Source of the DNA: Eledone cirrhosa | Taxonomy: Eukaryota | Direction of reading: 5' to 3' | NCBI GenBank assembly: GCA_964016885.1 | Contig: OZ024743.1 | Coordinates: 229,276,001-229,340,000 of the forward strand | Length of the DNA stretch: 64,000 nt | In this document: positions 40,172 to 54,745 of the stretch, in pieces | Numbering within the stretch: position 1 is the first letter of the stretch | How the letters are laid out: each line of letters starts with the position of its first letter | Program-made: the position numbers and the translations under genes | Notes under the pieces: generated by a model | What the model was told of the DNA's origin: nothing | Databases searched by the model: none | The model's input: only the letters and a program-made list of their open reading frames with translations

Positions 40172-40380
40172 AATTGGCATAAACATTAGACCAGCTTATA
40201 GAACGCATTGCAGTATCTGTTCTGCCCTTCCGCTCTCCGAGTTCAAATCTCTTCAATTTTTGTATTTCATCCTTCGAGGCTTGATAAATAAAGTACCAGT
40301 CCAGTACTGGAGTCGATTCTTCTACTTTTGCCATCTCCACTCTTTCTCTATAAAATCAGCTGTGATCCGGAACTAGAGTG
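40172..40380 (+). mobile_element. SINE family A
   Basis: ttggcataaac...gagttcaaatc...tttcatccttcgagg...gataaataaagtaccagtccagtactggagtcgat. Confidence 0.7.
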
Positions 40381-40404
40381 GCATGGACTCTGCTAAGTTT
40401 AAAT

Positions 40405-40600
40405 TCCTAACCAAAAACCAGCTAGTTTTATGAAACAAAACCTCCCATTTTTAAGGTTTCCATTTAAATTAAATAAAAATCTTCCAACATTATTTCATTA
40501 TTTGTTTTTTAACATAAAATTATTATAGTAAATCCCTACAAATTCTTCCTTGATTAATCGAAATAGAGTATATCATTAGAAATATGGTTACAAAAGTGTT
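40405..40600 (-). mobile_element. piggyBac-like MITE family, diverged copy
   Basis: Similar to 37595-37825; ends tcattagaaatatggttacaaaagtgtt. Confidence 0.4.
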
Positions 40601-40799
40601 TTGATTTTCGTGTTTGGTTGCCCATTGAACAAACTAATTTTATTAACTACTGTTTCATATACACAGTATAATAGACGAAATACAAGCGGTGATAGTGGTT
40701 TTTATCATAAAACGATTTTAAATTTACCGACCACACATATGCGGGTTTAGTTGGCATCCTATGCGCTTACCTCTTATAGGACGTTTCTCAAGTGTTTTA

Positions 40800-40932
40800 A
40801 TGATATGGCCCCAGTACTATCATGAAATCAATGCGAAATAAAGTGCCTTCCTCAAGAACACAACACGCCGCCCGCTTTATGAAACGAAAACACAACCTTA
40901 TGATCGTGAGTCTAACACAATAACCACTAGGT
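40800..40932 (-). mobile_element. SINE family B 5' part (tRNA-like head)
   Basis: gaaataaagtgccttcctcaagaacacaacacg...accttatgatcgtgagtctaacacaataaccactagg. Confidence 0.6.
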
Positions 40933-41845
40933 TACTAATATACGTTTAGTCGTCTCAATGCGGATAAAGAAATAAGATATTCGTTCGACAAGCCAAGCCA
41001 ATTCCAAGGAAAAGATGTATGACACGTAATTAAAGAAACCTCGTATAATCATAGAGCGGACGGACACAGCAAAATGTTTTGAAAATACGTCTATTTAAAG
41101 CTTTCGATATAACAAACAGCTCTTTAAGTCATTAGTAAGTAATCCTTAGCAAAGTAAATCTATTAGTCGGGATGACAGCAATTTGCAACGATAAACACTG
41201 CTTATGTTCAAATAAAACACACAGGAAAACAACCCACAAATAGACGAAAGACTAAAAACAAAATCCGAAATTAACTAATTACTTATTTATCTGTTGTTAG
41301 AGTTGTGAGAGCAAGAAACGATTGTCTCATTAAAAATTAACTTCGATTAAGAAGGTTACCAACCAGCTTAGCGTAAACTAATGATTAGCGTTCGTACATA
41401 TATATATATGTATATATATACACACACACATATATATATATATACACACACACACACATATATATATATGCATACATACACACATATATGCACACACACA
41501 CACACACACACATATATGCACATATATACACACACACACACACACCTAGACACGCACATATATATATTCACACACACACACGCACGAAGAGACATACGTA
41601 TACATATACGCACATATTTTGCCTTCTGTCGTTAATACAAGTTTGTCAAATATTCGATTAATCAGACGATTGGCCTTCTGATTAATCCAATATTCATGAA
41701 ACCTAAAGTAATGGCAGAAAGCACCAGCCGAATAAATGTAATTATACTCATTACCATGCATTGAGTACTTTTTTCTCTTGTTCTTTTTAAACAATGTATA
41801 TAGTACTCACATATACACCTATATATATATTTATATATATACACA

Positions 41846-41903
<58 letters not shown>

Positions 41904-42003
41904 AACATACTTACACACATCACATTTGTGTGCTCATCAGAAGTGTGGTTGAGATATCTGATGGAGAAAAACAACGTCATCGTGATATCGATGGTCAGTC
42001 AGC

Positions 42004-42006
<3 letters not shown>

Positions 42007-42089
<83 letters not shown>

Positions 42090-42190
42090 GAGAGATAGAC
42101 TGAGGGAGAGAGAGAGACCGAGTGAGAGAGATAGACTGAGGGAGAGAGAGACCGAGTGAGAGAGATAGACTGAGGGAGAGAGAGAGAGAC
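42007..42190. repeat. (GA)n followed by three ~34-36-bp GA-derived minisatellite units
   Basis: gagtgagagagatagactgagggagagagagac occurs three times. Confidence 0.9.
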
Positions 42191-42815
42191 GAGTTAGCAC
42201 GATTCCAATTTACTACCAGCACGGTAGATTACGTAAGATACAACAATCTTAGGAATAATAAAGTTATTTTAATTGAATCTCATCTCATAACGTAATTTAT
42301 GGGACAAAAATATGTTCGAAAAAATTCATACATATATATAATGTCGTTTAAAGATGAGGGATATAAGAAAAAATAAAATAAAGTAAAAGTAGAAACTAAT
42401 GAAAAGGGGATGGAAGATTTGCACAAAAAATAAATAAAATAATAATAAGTAAATAGAATACTACAACAATCTAGAATGTTTGGAAAATCGATATCTATCA
42501 CCGTCGTGAAGCTCGCGCACTTTTGCTGGAACTTGAAGAGTTACAGGGCGGAGAGGGGAGTTTCTTTGTCTATATCAGTCCTATATAGTGTGTTACTTGA
42601 TCGAGCTTCTGTGCCTCTAAATTGTTACACAAATAGATGAAGACAATGATTTTTTTTAATAGAGGGGGAGGAAAAATGATAGGAAAAATTAAAAAGAGCG
42701 TTGGCGAAGTAGAAGGAAATGGAGGAAAAAGGTATGTGTGTGTGTGTGTGTGTGCGTGTGTGTATATCTATATATATCAGATGTTTTTCCTTTGCTTTTT
42801 CTTCGGAAATACTTA

Positions 42816-42856
<41 letters not shown>

Positions 42857-43104
42857 GCGAAATATATACGGGGAAAGGAATTCCTTATCTACTGACAAAT
42901 AGGAGGGCGTAGATATTGAAGTGGAAAGGAGACGGAAAGGATGTATAATTAATTAATCACCATAAACACCGACTGTTTCGTGGCTTAGCAATGCTGAGTT
43001 AAATTCTATCCAGAGCCAACGCTATCATTTAGGCCAACTAGGCAACCTCTTAAAGCACAGATATCTGAGAGTTGCTGTACCTTTATCAAGCCTGGAAGCT
43101 CATT

Positions 43105-43255
43105 AGGCCGTTGCTTATCCTGGTTTACTTGGCGTTAAAAGACTGTATACTGGAGCAACGTGAAATGAAGTATTTTGCTAAAGAACACAACCGATCCAGG
43201 AATTGAACCCATGACATTATTATTGTAAGTCCCTAATCACTAGGCCACACAACGT
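43105..43255 (-). mobile_element. SINE family B-like 5' part
   Basis: actggagcaacgtgaaatgaagtattttgctaaagaacacaac...ggaattgaacccatgac...cactaggccac. Confidence 0.6.
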
Positions 43256-43651
43256 CGCCTAAAAGGATCAGTTTCATCCAAATTCATACAATTAAATTAA
43301 GTATGTAATTTCCAGACAGCTTGGTATCAAGGGTTTTGACGGGATTAACATAACACAATGAATTTGCTCTTCGTATGTCACCGATTATATTCCAAAGCTA
43401 TATCGATAATCTGGAGATACAAACTCGAAGAAAGCAAGAAGAACAGAACATGGCGTAAATGAAATGCAGCATATGATTGACAGAAGAAATAAGTTCCATT
43501 TAGATAAACAGAAAGAGCCAAGAGAAATAACTTGTAGATAAGTTGTTTTCTTGAGGATTTTAAAACAGGCGGTAGAAAGCGATGTACACTTCCTAAAGTT
43601 CGGGGATCTGGTTAGGGACGTTATAACAGTGACTCTTTCATTGGTAAAATT

Positions 43652-43693
<42 letters not shown>

Positions 43694-45438
43694 AAATCGA
43701 GCACATACATGCATATTTACATACATACATAACATAATATATACATTATACGCACACAGAGTGTGCGTGCAAGTGTATGTATGTATATAAGATACACGGC
43801 AAAATGTTATCAACTAAAATTTCGATAAAATATAAAGATAAACCAAACCCCCCAAAAGGTAACAAATGAACAAAGCTAAGTAAGAGAAAGTTAAAAATTT
43901 ATGCAAACGAGAGAGTGTGTGATATGATATGATTTGATATCTAGATAAGTTGGTAAGGAAAACCATTTGTCAATATCTGTGAATATCTGGTGACATTAAG
44001 ACCGTCAAATACAATTTAAAACATTTAAAAACGAACTGAAATAATATGGACAAGAATCTATAATAAACGCTTTTCCGCTTTCTGGTTTCGGCAAATATAA
44101 ATAAGCATTATCAATTAAATAAATATACCGCAACATTAAATATATGATGTTTTAAGTTTGTACCATTCTCCCGCTACGAAAATAAGTTTGCTTTTTAATT
44201 GTAAGGTATTCACTACATTGCACGCTCATAGATGACAGTCTGAAGTGTTTGAGATTCGATAAAACAAAAGAAAAACAAAGTCATTAGAAAATCGATAGGA
44301 ATTCGAATGTTATCAAGGTGGTGTACTGTTGCAATCACGCCTGTTTATTACTGGTTAATATCCATTCTTTGCTTAAGTTGAGGGGAGAGGAATATTTTGT
44401 TGAGAATAAATGTCGATGTACTAAATTAAACAGTGTGGCGAAATATATAGGTGCGAGTTTATATCATTTGTAGATCATAAATGTAGTTTTCCCTTTTCAT
44501 GCATTTGTATATACATTGATACATTCATTCCCAAACATACAAATACTGATTGTTTTTATAGACAGTGGCTAGGTATTTTTCTTATAAGACAGTGTGGTTC
44601 CCATTTTTTTTTTTTACTTATTCCCGGCACACTTTAGAACAAGTAAAAAAATATTTTGACGCAGTTTATACCTAAATTCGAGAACTTATTTAAAAGAGGT
44701 ATTCATACACATTAGCATAGCATAAAGTAGAAATATAGATAATTAAAATACCAAATATTATTTTGTACTTCCTTTTGTAGTCAGCAATGAGGAAACGTGC
44801 TCCGTGTCTTAGCAATGTTTTAGTTGTTCCCCAATTTTTACAGTTAAATATAAATATTATTACGGATTTTAATTTTATTTTTCACACTTTGAATAGAATC
44901 TTGCTCTTTTTGTGATACACCAATGCACACCGATGTATGGTTTCATAACCACTGTTCTCAGGTGTAAACATTATATTTTGATAACAAACCAATATAGTTT
45001 ATAAAAAATATTGTGAGATATGCGGTTATGAATGTTTGGGAAAAGCTGGTCACTTTTCCCTTATATTTTATGAAGTATCGTTTTCATTTTTGTATTTCAG
45101 TTTCTCTAAAACAATCATTTATCTTTTAACTTCCACAGATGGCTATAAAATTTGAATAGAAGAACATCGATACGCAGTATTTGATTGTTACTCATTTTAT
45201 CGACAGCAGAATGATAAAAGGCAAAGTCGACATCGGTGGGATGTGAAATCCGAACGTATTTTTAGGCTTTATTGTACTTTCTAATTTAAACATTTACACG
45301 AATACTGAGGTAGCCGCGATATAAACACACCTAAAAATAATCATCATGGGACGAACTATATGTATACTGATCATACATAAAAATATTGCATATGAGTCCA
45401 TTTACTATTTTAGAGCACACACACACACAATATATATA

Positions 45439-45482
<44 letters not shown>

Positions 45483-46955
45483 GTGTGAGTGTGTGTTTAA
45501 CTTATTGGTCAGAAATGGAACAATGTATAAGTTTACAAAAAAACTAAAACAAAAGCAAAACCATCAAAGTTAGGTAATTAAACTATTTTTTCAAATATAT
45601 ATAATATATAACGTGTTGATGGTAAGCATATCACATGCTTAGTTATCAGTGGATAATAATTAACCATATTCTTTAGATAAAAAAACAACTATATATATAT
45701 ATATCACACCATTCTCTGGCTTATCATTGGATATCACTTTTGTTTTTACAAATTCACTACTAGATAGACACATTGCTGTCAGCAACCATTATTACAACTG
45801 TGTTCCCAACTTATCTTAGATCTTACATTTTTTTCGCCTATTTTTATTATGCACATGTGTATACAATTATGTATGTATAGGTATGTATGTATGTTATATA
45901 TATATATATGAATGCATGTGCACAAGTACGGCCAGATTTTCAGAATTGTAATTATCTATCGAGACATTCGTATTATCATCAGCATCAACGTGCAGTACAC
46001 ACTTTTATCAAAGCAGACTGGCCAACATAGACACACATCACACATGCACACTAATACAATGTCAATGTAATATCGACTATATGAAATGTGAAAGATCGAA
46101 GGTAGCATCTTTAAGACCGATGGGTTGGAAATGGTGGACATATATATGTGTTTGCGTGTGTGTGTGTAACTAACGAAAACTACAGTAATGATGATTATCA
46201 TTACTATGGTGGTGGTGATAATAATAATAATAATGAATAAATAAGAGAACAAACAAATCTTTTGACACGAAACCTTGTACATAATTACGAAAGAACCGTA
46301 TAAACGCACACACAGACACACACAAGGCAAATTAGATAATTACAGTATAAAAAACATCTATGGAAGAACATTATATATATGATAAAGAGAGTAGAGTCTA
46401 TCAATATTTAACGGATAAGCGCGACAAAGATAGATAGATATAAAAAATGAGAAACAAATGTATACAACAACAGAGTGTGTGCTTCTAAGTGGAATCATAA
46501 TCCAAATAAACAACAGACTTTATCGATTTCCAATTGCACAATAGTTAACAGAATAATTTGATATTTATCGACTGTAATTGTGTGTGCAGCACCACAACGA
46601 AGTCTTACTCTATGCTCAAAATGTCTTTGACGATTGCAAATCATTATATATAATCTTTTATTCTTTTACCGGTTTCAGTCATTAGAAAATGCTAGGTAAT
46701 CGAATGGGATGTTGCATGTTTTATGAACAGTAGCCTCACAAAATATATATATCATATTTTTCTAAACAAAACCTTGAAAATGTCGGAAGAATGTTTACCA
46801 TTAATAATTTATTATATTAATTCAAAATGTATTATATTAAATCAATCGCTATGGTAAAATGAAACCATTTTAATATGCTCTGACAATTAGATGAATAATT
46901 ATCATTAGGTATGAAATGCTTACCTCGTTTCTCACACGCCACTATTAAATATAAA

Positions 46956-46987
<32 letters not shown>

Positions 46988-47053
46988 CATTTGAAGTATA
47001 CTTCGGCTGCTTAACGTATAATCTTTATATACATATATATATATATATATATA

Positions 47054-47131
47054 TACAGGTGTATTTATATCATTTCTTGAAGTGTATATATATATATATA
47101 CACTTCAAGAAATGATATAAATACACCTGTA
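47054..47131. repeat. 78-bp perfect palindrome centred on (TA)8
   Basis: tacaggtgtatttatatcatttcttgaagtg-(TA)8-cacttcaagaaatgatataaatacacctgta. Confidence 0.95.
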
Positions 47132-47345
47132 CAGAGATATTTATTTATTATTAACAGGCACGCATATATTAACAAGAAACCTGCAGCCTCAGTGTTTATG
47201 TGCATATGTACAATTTACATAAGTAACCATACATATCCATGTGTGTATGCTTCCCTACATACACACACGCACTTTATAAAAATACCGTATATAAAGAGAT
47301 ATGCAACGATAGCTTATCTTTATAGCTTTTTTGTTCTATTTTATT

Positions 47346-47836
47346 GGTGACATCGCTCTTCTGGAAGATACCACCAAATCAACTCACGACCTTCTCCATC
47401 GTGTCAAAACAGACAGCCAAGAGGTAGGTTTGTTTCTTAATGCCTGAAAAACTAAATTCATGCATTTTGATCTATATACTCTCAGTCCACTTCATTCTTC
47501 TGACGGTTCACCTATCGATCTGGTTCAATTATTTAAATATCTGGGTAGTTACACTGAGCATGATATAACTACCAGAATTGGTCAGGCATGGAATACAATA
47601 AATTCACTATAAAAAGTCTGGAAAGCTCAATCTAAGATCTACGAAGTGCAGAATCTTCAAAGCTATGGACGAAACCATTTTACTACATGGTTCATAATCC
47701 TGGACTCCCAGTGTCGCTCGTTCAAGGAGATTAAAGGGGATCTTCCTTCTCCGACGAGAGATCGGGAAGTCTGGAACAAGAACTTTGTGCATGCTTCCCC
47801 TTCAATAGAGGGTTGGCTCAAGAAGGAGAAGAAGCA
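47346..47836 (+). mobile_element. Decayed RTE/RTE-X-like LINE fragment with internal deletion
   Basis: GDIALL (DD motif remnant), VGLFLNA*KTKFM, FKYLGS, DITTRIGQAW, KVWK, ETILLHGS*SWT, then DREVW and an AAG-rich tail. Confidence 0.75.
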
Positions 47837-48499
47837 TTTCAACCAAGAATATAACATTTTTTAGCAGGTTCGCATGAATGAAGGAATCTCTAAATTTAAC
47901 ACATTACAGCAGCGGTTCTCAGCCTAGTATCTGAAGATCTCTGGGATCCGTAAAGTTAATACTGGGATTCGGTGAACCAAGTCACAACATTTGAAGTACT
48001 TAGTTAAACCATAATATGCACTCGCTATTGCATATTTATTCGCCTTAAGTATGTATAAATATTTCTCTCTTTTCATTGTTATTCTTACCGTAGAAAAACT
48101 CTGGGAGGAGTGTAATTGTAAAATTTGAAAGTATATTAAAATAAAAAGGAGTTCTTAATAGAGGAAAGGCTAGACGCCATTACATTTCTGTGTTACAAAA
48201 TATAACAATTGACAGGACTGGTTATTTGTTCCTTTTGGCGTCTTTTCTTTTGTATCTCTGGCGATTAATGCAGTAAGTTAATAATATAAGAAAAGAAAAT
48301 AATACATTTGTACCAATCTCCACCACACACAAAAGCAAGATAAATTAATAAACAAGCAATTACGTGAAAGTAATTGACGAGATAAGGTTATTGAAATGTG
48401 TGTGGTAGAACTAACATTTAATGCAGGAAACAGGGAAATACTTATAAAAAATAAATATGCAGTAAAAAAAAGTAAAATTAATATACTAAACCATACATA

Positions 48500-48745
48500 G
48501 GCACAGACAAAACTGTTATGTCAGCGAGTTTGGTTACGGCCAAAGCTTCGGGTTGATCAATGCCTTGAGTTAAATTTGGTAGAAAAATAAGAAACCCATC
48601 GCGCGCGCGTGTGCGTGTGTGCGTGAGTGCGTGTGCGTGTGCGTGTGCGTGTGTGTGTGTGTCGTAACCAAGCAGTTTGGCAAAAGAGATCGATATGAGA
48701 AGTACCAGATATGACAAAAGTACTAAGAAGAGATGCACCAATTAA
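48500..48745 (+). mobile_element. SINE family C, diverged, with internal GT/GC tract
   Basis: gcttcgggttgatcaatgccttg...tttggtag...gtaaccaagcagtttggcaaaagagatcgatatgagaagtacc parallels 51100-51270. Confidence 0.55.
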
Positions 48746-50337
48746 TCAGTTTTGATAATCAACCATTAATGTTTTGGGGAAAGAAAATGTGTGACAGATA
48801 TTTGGAAAACACATTGGATTCAACATAAACAAACATAAGAAACATTATTTCCTAGGGAGTTAAATCTAAGCCTGACAGTGTGTAATATAACTGTTTCTAG
48901 TGCTCGAACGTGCTGATCTACACAACTGGAAATTAACTGGAGCCTGCCCAGGGAGCGTAAATCCCTTGCAAGTTAAAGTATCAAAGTAGAAGAGACACTC
49001 TTCTACTCACCCAAGATGATTTGTGTTTAATAAACCATTTAAAAAGGAATCTACTTAATAAATATAAAGATTCCGATTACCTGTTTATTTAAAGGCATTC
49101 AAAAAATTTCCACTAGCAATGATTCCTGTTATATTAATTTACTCAAATAAAATTAAAGAACTCGTAAATTATAGTGTGAAAACAAAAATGTCTCAATTTT
49201 TAGTGAATAACCGATTTATTGCAGGCTTGCATATATTACCTACTACGGTAAAAACTTCCGACGTTTGTCCTCGTGTGCTCTCAAATAGTAACTCCATAAT
49301 TGTGATTAATTAGGAAATACAACATATTACATACAATTAATTATAATGCGCCTTCTCATATCATAATACGTAATTATATTATAGGCTGCATATTAATCAG
49401 TATCGGATGGTTATTCGACCAATTTGCTTATTGTTGCATCGACACAAATCTCTTTTAAGGCGGTAGCCTAGCCCGACCGCTGTCTGAAGGCTGAAACCAG
49501 TAAAAAGTGTTTGGAGCAAATATCTAAAATTCCTCTCAGAAAAAGGAAATAAATTTTCAACCAAGCGAAAGCTCCTGAAAGAGATTTCGAGCCTATGACA
49601 GTGAGTTCGTGTTAAAGATAATCTCTATACAAGGTTAAAGCCAAAGATTATTTGAACGGGAAACGAAAGATAAAAATACAAAAAATTCCAACATGTATCC
49701 CTTCCTATACTTCATTTTCACCATCACAGCTAGCTTCAAGCCTGCTAGACATCTTCACACATGTACACACACACACACACACACTGATTGTATCATTATA
49801 TTTCAGGGTGTATAAGGGTATATGTATGTACTTGCACAGTCAGATAACTGAATTCCAGTCCTTTATATATATATATATATATATATATACATACTTCGTT
49901 CACATACAATTTCACAACACATATACGCCTATCTATATACATAATACGTACGTACGTACATACATACATACATACATACATACATACATACATACATACA
50001 TACATACATACATACTTCAAGGAATTTTATTTTTGAAAAATATGTTAGTAGAAATTCCTATTACTTTTAATCCATCTTATCAGCACAAAATCCTGATTTT
50101 TATTTTACAGTAAGCAACAAATGCAATCGGGAACAGTTCGTAACTGAGCAATGTTGAGGACTTTTTCAAAAAATAATAGAGAGGGAGAGAGAGAAGGAGA
50201 TTAAAAAAGAGGCTCCAAATATATAGCCAATCATATCCAAGTGAACAAGTGATAAAACAGCAGATGACATGTGAAATATCTAATACTGGAGAAATTATCA
50301 ATAATCTTAAGAGAAACTCAAAAGTAACAAATCCAGA

Positions 50338-50338
<1 letters not shown>

Positions 50339-50422
<84 letters not shown>
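50339..50422. repeat. (CA)n microsatellite
   Basis: Directly visible. Confidence 0.95.
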
Positions 50423-50425
<3 letters not shown>

Positions 50426-50782
50426 TCCTGTATAGCTCATAAGAAATTTTCCATAGAAATGATGTCAAAATGAAATAATTTCGAGCTTATCTGAGATATT
50501 AATTAGGTAAGAATGATCCCCCAGTCCCTTTTGCAATTAATGATGGGTAAGAGAGGGTGTTGATAGAATAAAACTTCTGGAATCTGGAAAGTTCTAGAAA
50601 GCAAAATAATTAAAACATTACAGAGTGGAGTAAAAATAGAAAGTCTTTTTCCCCCCCCTCTCTCTAAAGAATTTCATTTACAGAATTTTTTCGAAATGCC
50701 ACTAACAATATATTGGTAGTATTAGTAATTATATGCTGGCTAAACATTCCCAGAAATTGGTAATCATAATTGCATTGTGTTT

Positions 50783-50998
50783 GGCGGTGGATTGGCAGTA
50801 TCGGTAGAGCATCAGGCAACATGCTATATACCATAGGGTTATGCCTCTTTACGTTCTGAGTTCAAATCCTTCCGAGGTTAGCTTTGCCTTTCATCCTTAC
50901 AGAGTCGATAAAATAAAGTACCAGTAAGGCACTGGGGTCGATTTAATCGACTTTCTCCTACCCCAAAATTATAGGTCTTATGGCAAAATCAAAAACCA
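50783..50998 (+). mobile_element. tRNA-derived SINE family A, full-length reference copy
   Basis: A-box-like tggcagtatcgg (50793), B box gagttcaaatcc (50858), central gcctttcatccttacagagtcgataaaataaagtaccag (Nin/Deu-domain-like, from recall), AT-rich tail. Confidence 0.88.
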
Positions 50999-51020
50999 AT
51001 AATTATGATTAGTATGGCCA

Positions 51021-51280
51021 GGCGCAGGTATAGCTCTATGGTTAAGGAGTTCACTTCGAAACCACATAGCCATGGGTTCAGTCCCACTACACAGCACCTA
51101 GAGCCTCGGGTTGATTTATGTCTTGTGAATAGAATCAGGTAGGCAGAAACTGCAGAATCCCGTCAGGTATGCGTTATGCGTGTATGGGTCCCCATGTTTA
51201 CGGTTGTGTCTAAGTTCTTCTCACGTAACTTATCGGTGCAATAAAGAGATCGATAGAAGAAGTAACGGATTTTGCAAAAA
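51021..51280 (+). mobile_element. tRNA-derived SINE family C
   Basis: ggcgcaggtatagctctatggttaag (A box) ... gggttcagtccc (B box); followed by (CA)n at 51282-51365. Confidence 0.75.
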
Positions 51281-51382
<102 letters not shown>

Positions 51383-52223
51383 TATACATAATTAAATTTG
51401 TCACAAATATACATAACATCTCAATGAAAAGAGATCGCTAAAAAGATCTCATTCAGAGAAGCAAATATATATAGATATAGAGTATTTTATACGAAACCAC
51501 TGAAGGGTAAATCCCAGTAAAGTACTCTAAAGAACACTTCACAAGAATTTTTCCCTAGTGATATATTGACATTCAAGCAACCTTAACATAGTAAGCATGA
51601 CTATGTGTGCGTGTGTATATATACATATATATATAGAGATAGATAGATAAATAGATTTTTTTTCCCTTTGACACACGAGTCTTCAAATATTTTGTAAATT
51701 CTTACAAACAAATGTAGTTTTGCGTGTTGATTACGGAAATCAGAATGATTTTGAGGGAGAAATAAATAATGAAAAGTTTAAAGATTGAATGTGAAAGTGA
51801 TTTTAGCAATCAGAACCATCCATTTTCTGCAATACAATGACAATATAGAAATAGGTGATTCTTGATTAGGTGATTCCTGGTGAAATTTGGAAGCCACCGT
51901 CACCTTGTATTTTTATCTTGTGTGTGTATCTAAATGCACACAGACATAGCTGAGGTTCATTCCACCGCTACTCAGAGTTTGTCATGTCAGATCGGTCAAG
52001 TAACTTTTATACACGCTTTGTGAATCGATCGCACATGGCGAAACACTGAGTACAACGACTGAATGAATCACCAGCTGTTTGTTTCCATATAAATAAATAA
52101 CTATATGTATTGCATAGTCTGCTCGTTTGTAACTATGTGGTTGTCTGTGTCTGTCTCTGAACGTCATCAATTATTGCTCTCGAGACAGAGAGAGAGTGGG
52201 GAAGAGAGAAATGGGCGAGAAAT

Positions 52224-52371
<148 letters not shown>

Positions 52372-52739
52372 GGGGTGGGTGGAGGTGAGAAAGAGAGAAA
52401 GAATGAGAAAGAGAGAAAGAATACGAAAAAGAGAGAAAGAGAGAGGATTGTGAGAGATTCGTTGACTGAAAACGTCAAGTGTCTGGATTTTCTAAATGAT
52501 CTTTTTTTTTCTACGTTATATTTTTTTGTATCATCCATCATACGTGATTAGCCTTAATGATCTCAGAAGGAGGATAGGAGAAAACGAAGAAGGTGGGGGT
52601 TTATGAACTCTTCACACCATTCCACACAGTGTTAGCAATGTGAAGGCAAAAGAAATCGGTTCCAACCTAAAATCAAAACTGAGTCAGCTCCTAAACTAAT
52701 TTTCCTTAACCTTTTTCATATTCTGTCGATACCTTCTTC

Positions 52740-53095
52740 TAACCTTTTCCTTGTTATGTGTCTAATGAAAGAGATTATGATTGAAAATAATGAAGAATTT
52801 GGAGGGGTTTAGTAATATATCTAACTGGTTGGAGGGATTTGATAACATAACTAATTTTCTAATTAAGTTAGTACATAACCCTTTCGTAATCATGATACTA
52901 CATATGAGTTTTAAATCATTTTGAAAATTATGAAGAATTTGGAAAAATTTAGTAATATAACTAACATCCTCATTAAGTTGATGTTGGAATATAACTTAAC
53001 AAAAGTCCTTATATAAAATTATGATGGATGTTTTTTAAATAAATAGAAACATTTTAAAAGAATTTTGTATGACAGAAACAGGGTCGGTCTTAGCA
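52740..53095 (+). mobile_element. piggyBac-like MITE family: partial copy plus near-complete copy in tandem
   Basis: taacc(c/t)ttt starts at 52740 and 52876; both contain ttgaaaa..atgaagaatttgga...tttagtaatata, homologous to 14109-14150. Confidence 0.55.
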
Positions 53096-53639
53096 TCAAC
53101 TTTTCAAGTGAAATGAAATAGTTTCAATCGTAAATTGAAAGCCGTTTTATGAGCTCATGTGTCTTTCCCAATTGGATAACCTGTGATTCGATCGCCCAGC
53201 TTTGTCGCAATCAGTGTCACATTATGACAATGCTGGATCAGTATTGTCGAATATATTATAAAGCTCAGCTGGGGCTGGCGCTACAATGAAAGCAAACTTG
53301 GCAGCTTCTAAGAGCGCAGGCCTCAGAGACTTGAATTACTAAACATTACACATTTCTATAATTAAATTAACTATATAATAATTGCTTGCGATCAATAAAT
53401 AAATCGCTAAACATCTTGTCCCATAGCAGCGTTGTGGAAATATCGAAAGCGGCGGAGAGGGTTGCATTGTGTCATATCCTCGCGTGGGTGAGTTTGGACT
53501 GTGTAGTTGAACAAATTCAGGCATAGAATTTTTTTTTTTTTACTGGCCAAAGCAAGACATGTTAAAAATTAGGTACATCAGCTTACCAAACTGTAATTTG
53601 AAATTATTTTATTTGAGAGAAAATTACCCACCCAATAGA

Positions 53640-53855
53640 GCTAGCATAGGACACTTAATGTCCAGATGTCGACTTTTAGTCGAATACTGTCACACAGTAC
53701 GTGTCACGCTGATTTTAATTGATCACATACATTAAGAGTACAACTAAATAAGGACAGCACGGTCACTTACACTATATAATTCAATGAATCGATAATTTCC
53801 GTTTATCGAACAAACAACTGCATCACGCATAACATAGGAATCGACGCGAGAGTCG
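53640..53855 (+). mobile_element. SINE family B, diverged 3' part
   Basis: tgtcacgctga...attaagagtaca...cacttacac...ttccgtttatcgaacaaac...ggaatcgacg. Confidence 0.45.
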
Positions 53856-54197
53856 ATCAGTTTACAAGTGAAGAAATGTAATACAGCTGTTTTTATCGAT
53901 CTCTGATACAGAAGGAATAAAGCTTTAGCATCGAAGAGCCGGCAGATGTAATATCAAGTTAATGCATTCACAAACAGCATTTATTTCCAACTGGCTATAT
54001 ATATATATACACACACACACCCATACACACACTAGCGAAAGGTGGGTGATGGGAGCGATCTTCACGATGGTCTCGGCTGATAACCGGATCTGTCCTACAT
54101 GCGACAACAGCTGTTCGACATTACTCCACAGGTAATAAATATTAAGAACACTTTCCCGTTACGGTGTAGTTAATTCTTATGGAAAGATTCCCTCCCG

Positions 54198-54240
<43 letters not shown>

Positions 54241-54473
54241 GTAAATAACTATAGTTTTCGCTAGAACCACATCTATGACGATATCTCTCTCTCCCCTCCC
54301 TTTATTATTTTAACTGTTTACGCAGTCGTTCATTTATCTATTCTTATCAAACTATGCCTGTACCCACTCATTAACCCATGCTGCCATCTATACATTTATC
54401 GATTTACCAACCCTTCCTAATCAGCAATCTTTCTATTCTTCTCATATGTCACCCTGTCTATATTTGTATATAT

Positions 54474-54625
54474 CAAGGGCGGATTAAGCTTGATGTGGTC
54501 AGTATATTATTTATGGTATAATATTTTATTTATGGTAGAAAAATAATTACCTTGGGGCCCTTTAGATATTGTGGACCCTAAGGTACAGCCCAGTCAACCA
54601 CCCCACTACCATTAATCCGCCATTA
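54474..54625. mobile_element. Short MITE-like element
   Basis: Perfect 10-bp inverted termini ggcggattaa (54478-54487) and ttaatccgcc (54612-54621), interrupting a pyrimidine-rich tract. Confidence 0.55.
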
Positions 54626-54702
54626 ATATCTATCAGTATCTGTTTATCTACCTATCTCGCGTATTCCCACCCACCCCAACTATGCATCCTGTGCATACAT
54701 CT

Positions 54703-54745
<43 letters not shown>

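Noticed and set aside
47907-48180. hAT-like MITE beginning cagcggttctcagcc
   Set aside because: The matching right terminus is too degenerate and no 8-bp TSD is visible.
50783-51090. tRNA genes suggested by A and B boxes
   Set aside because: No cloverleaf; the boxes are heads of multicopy SINEs.
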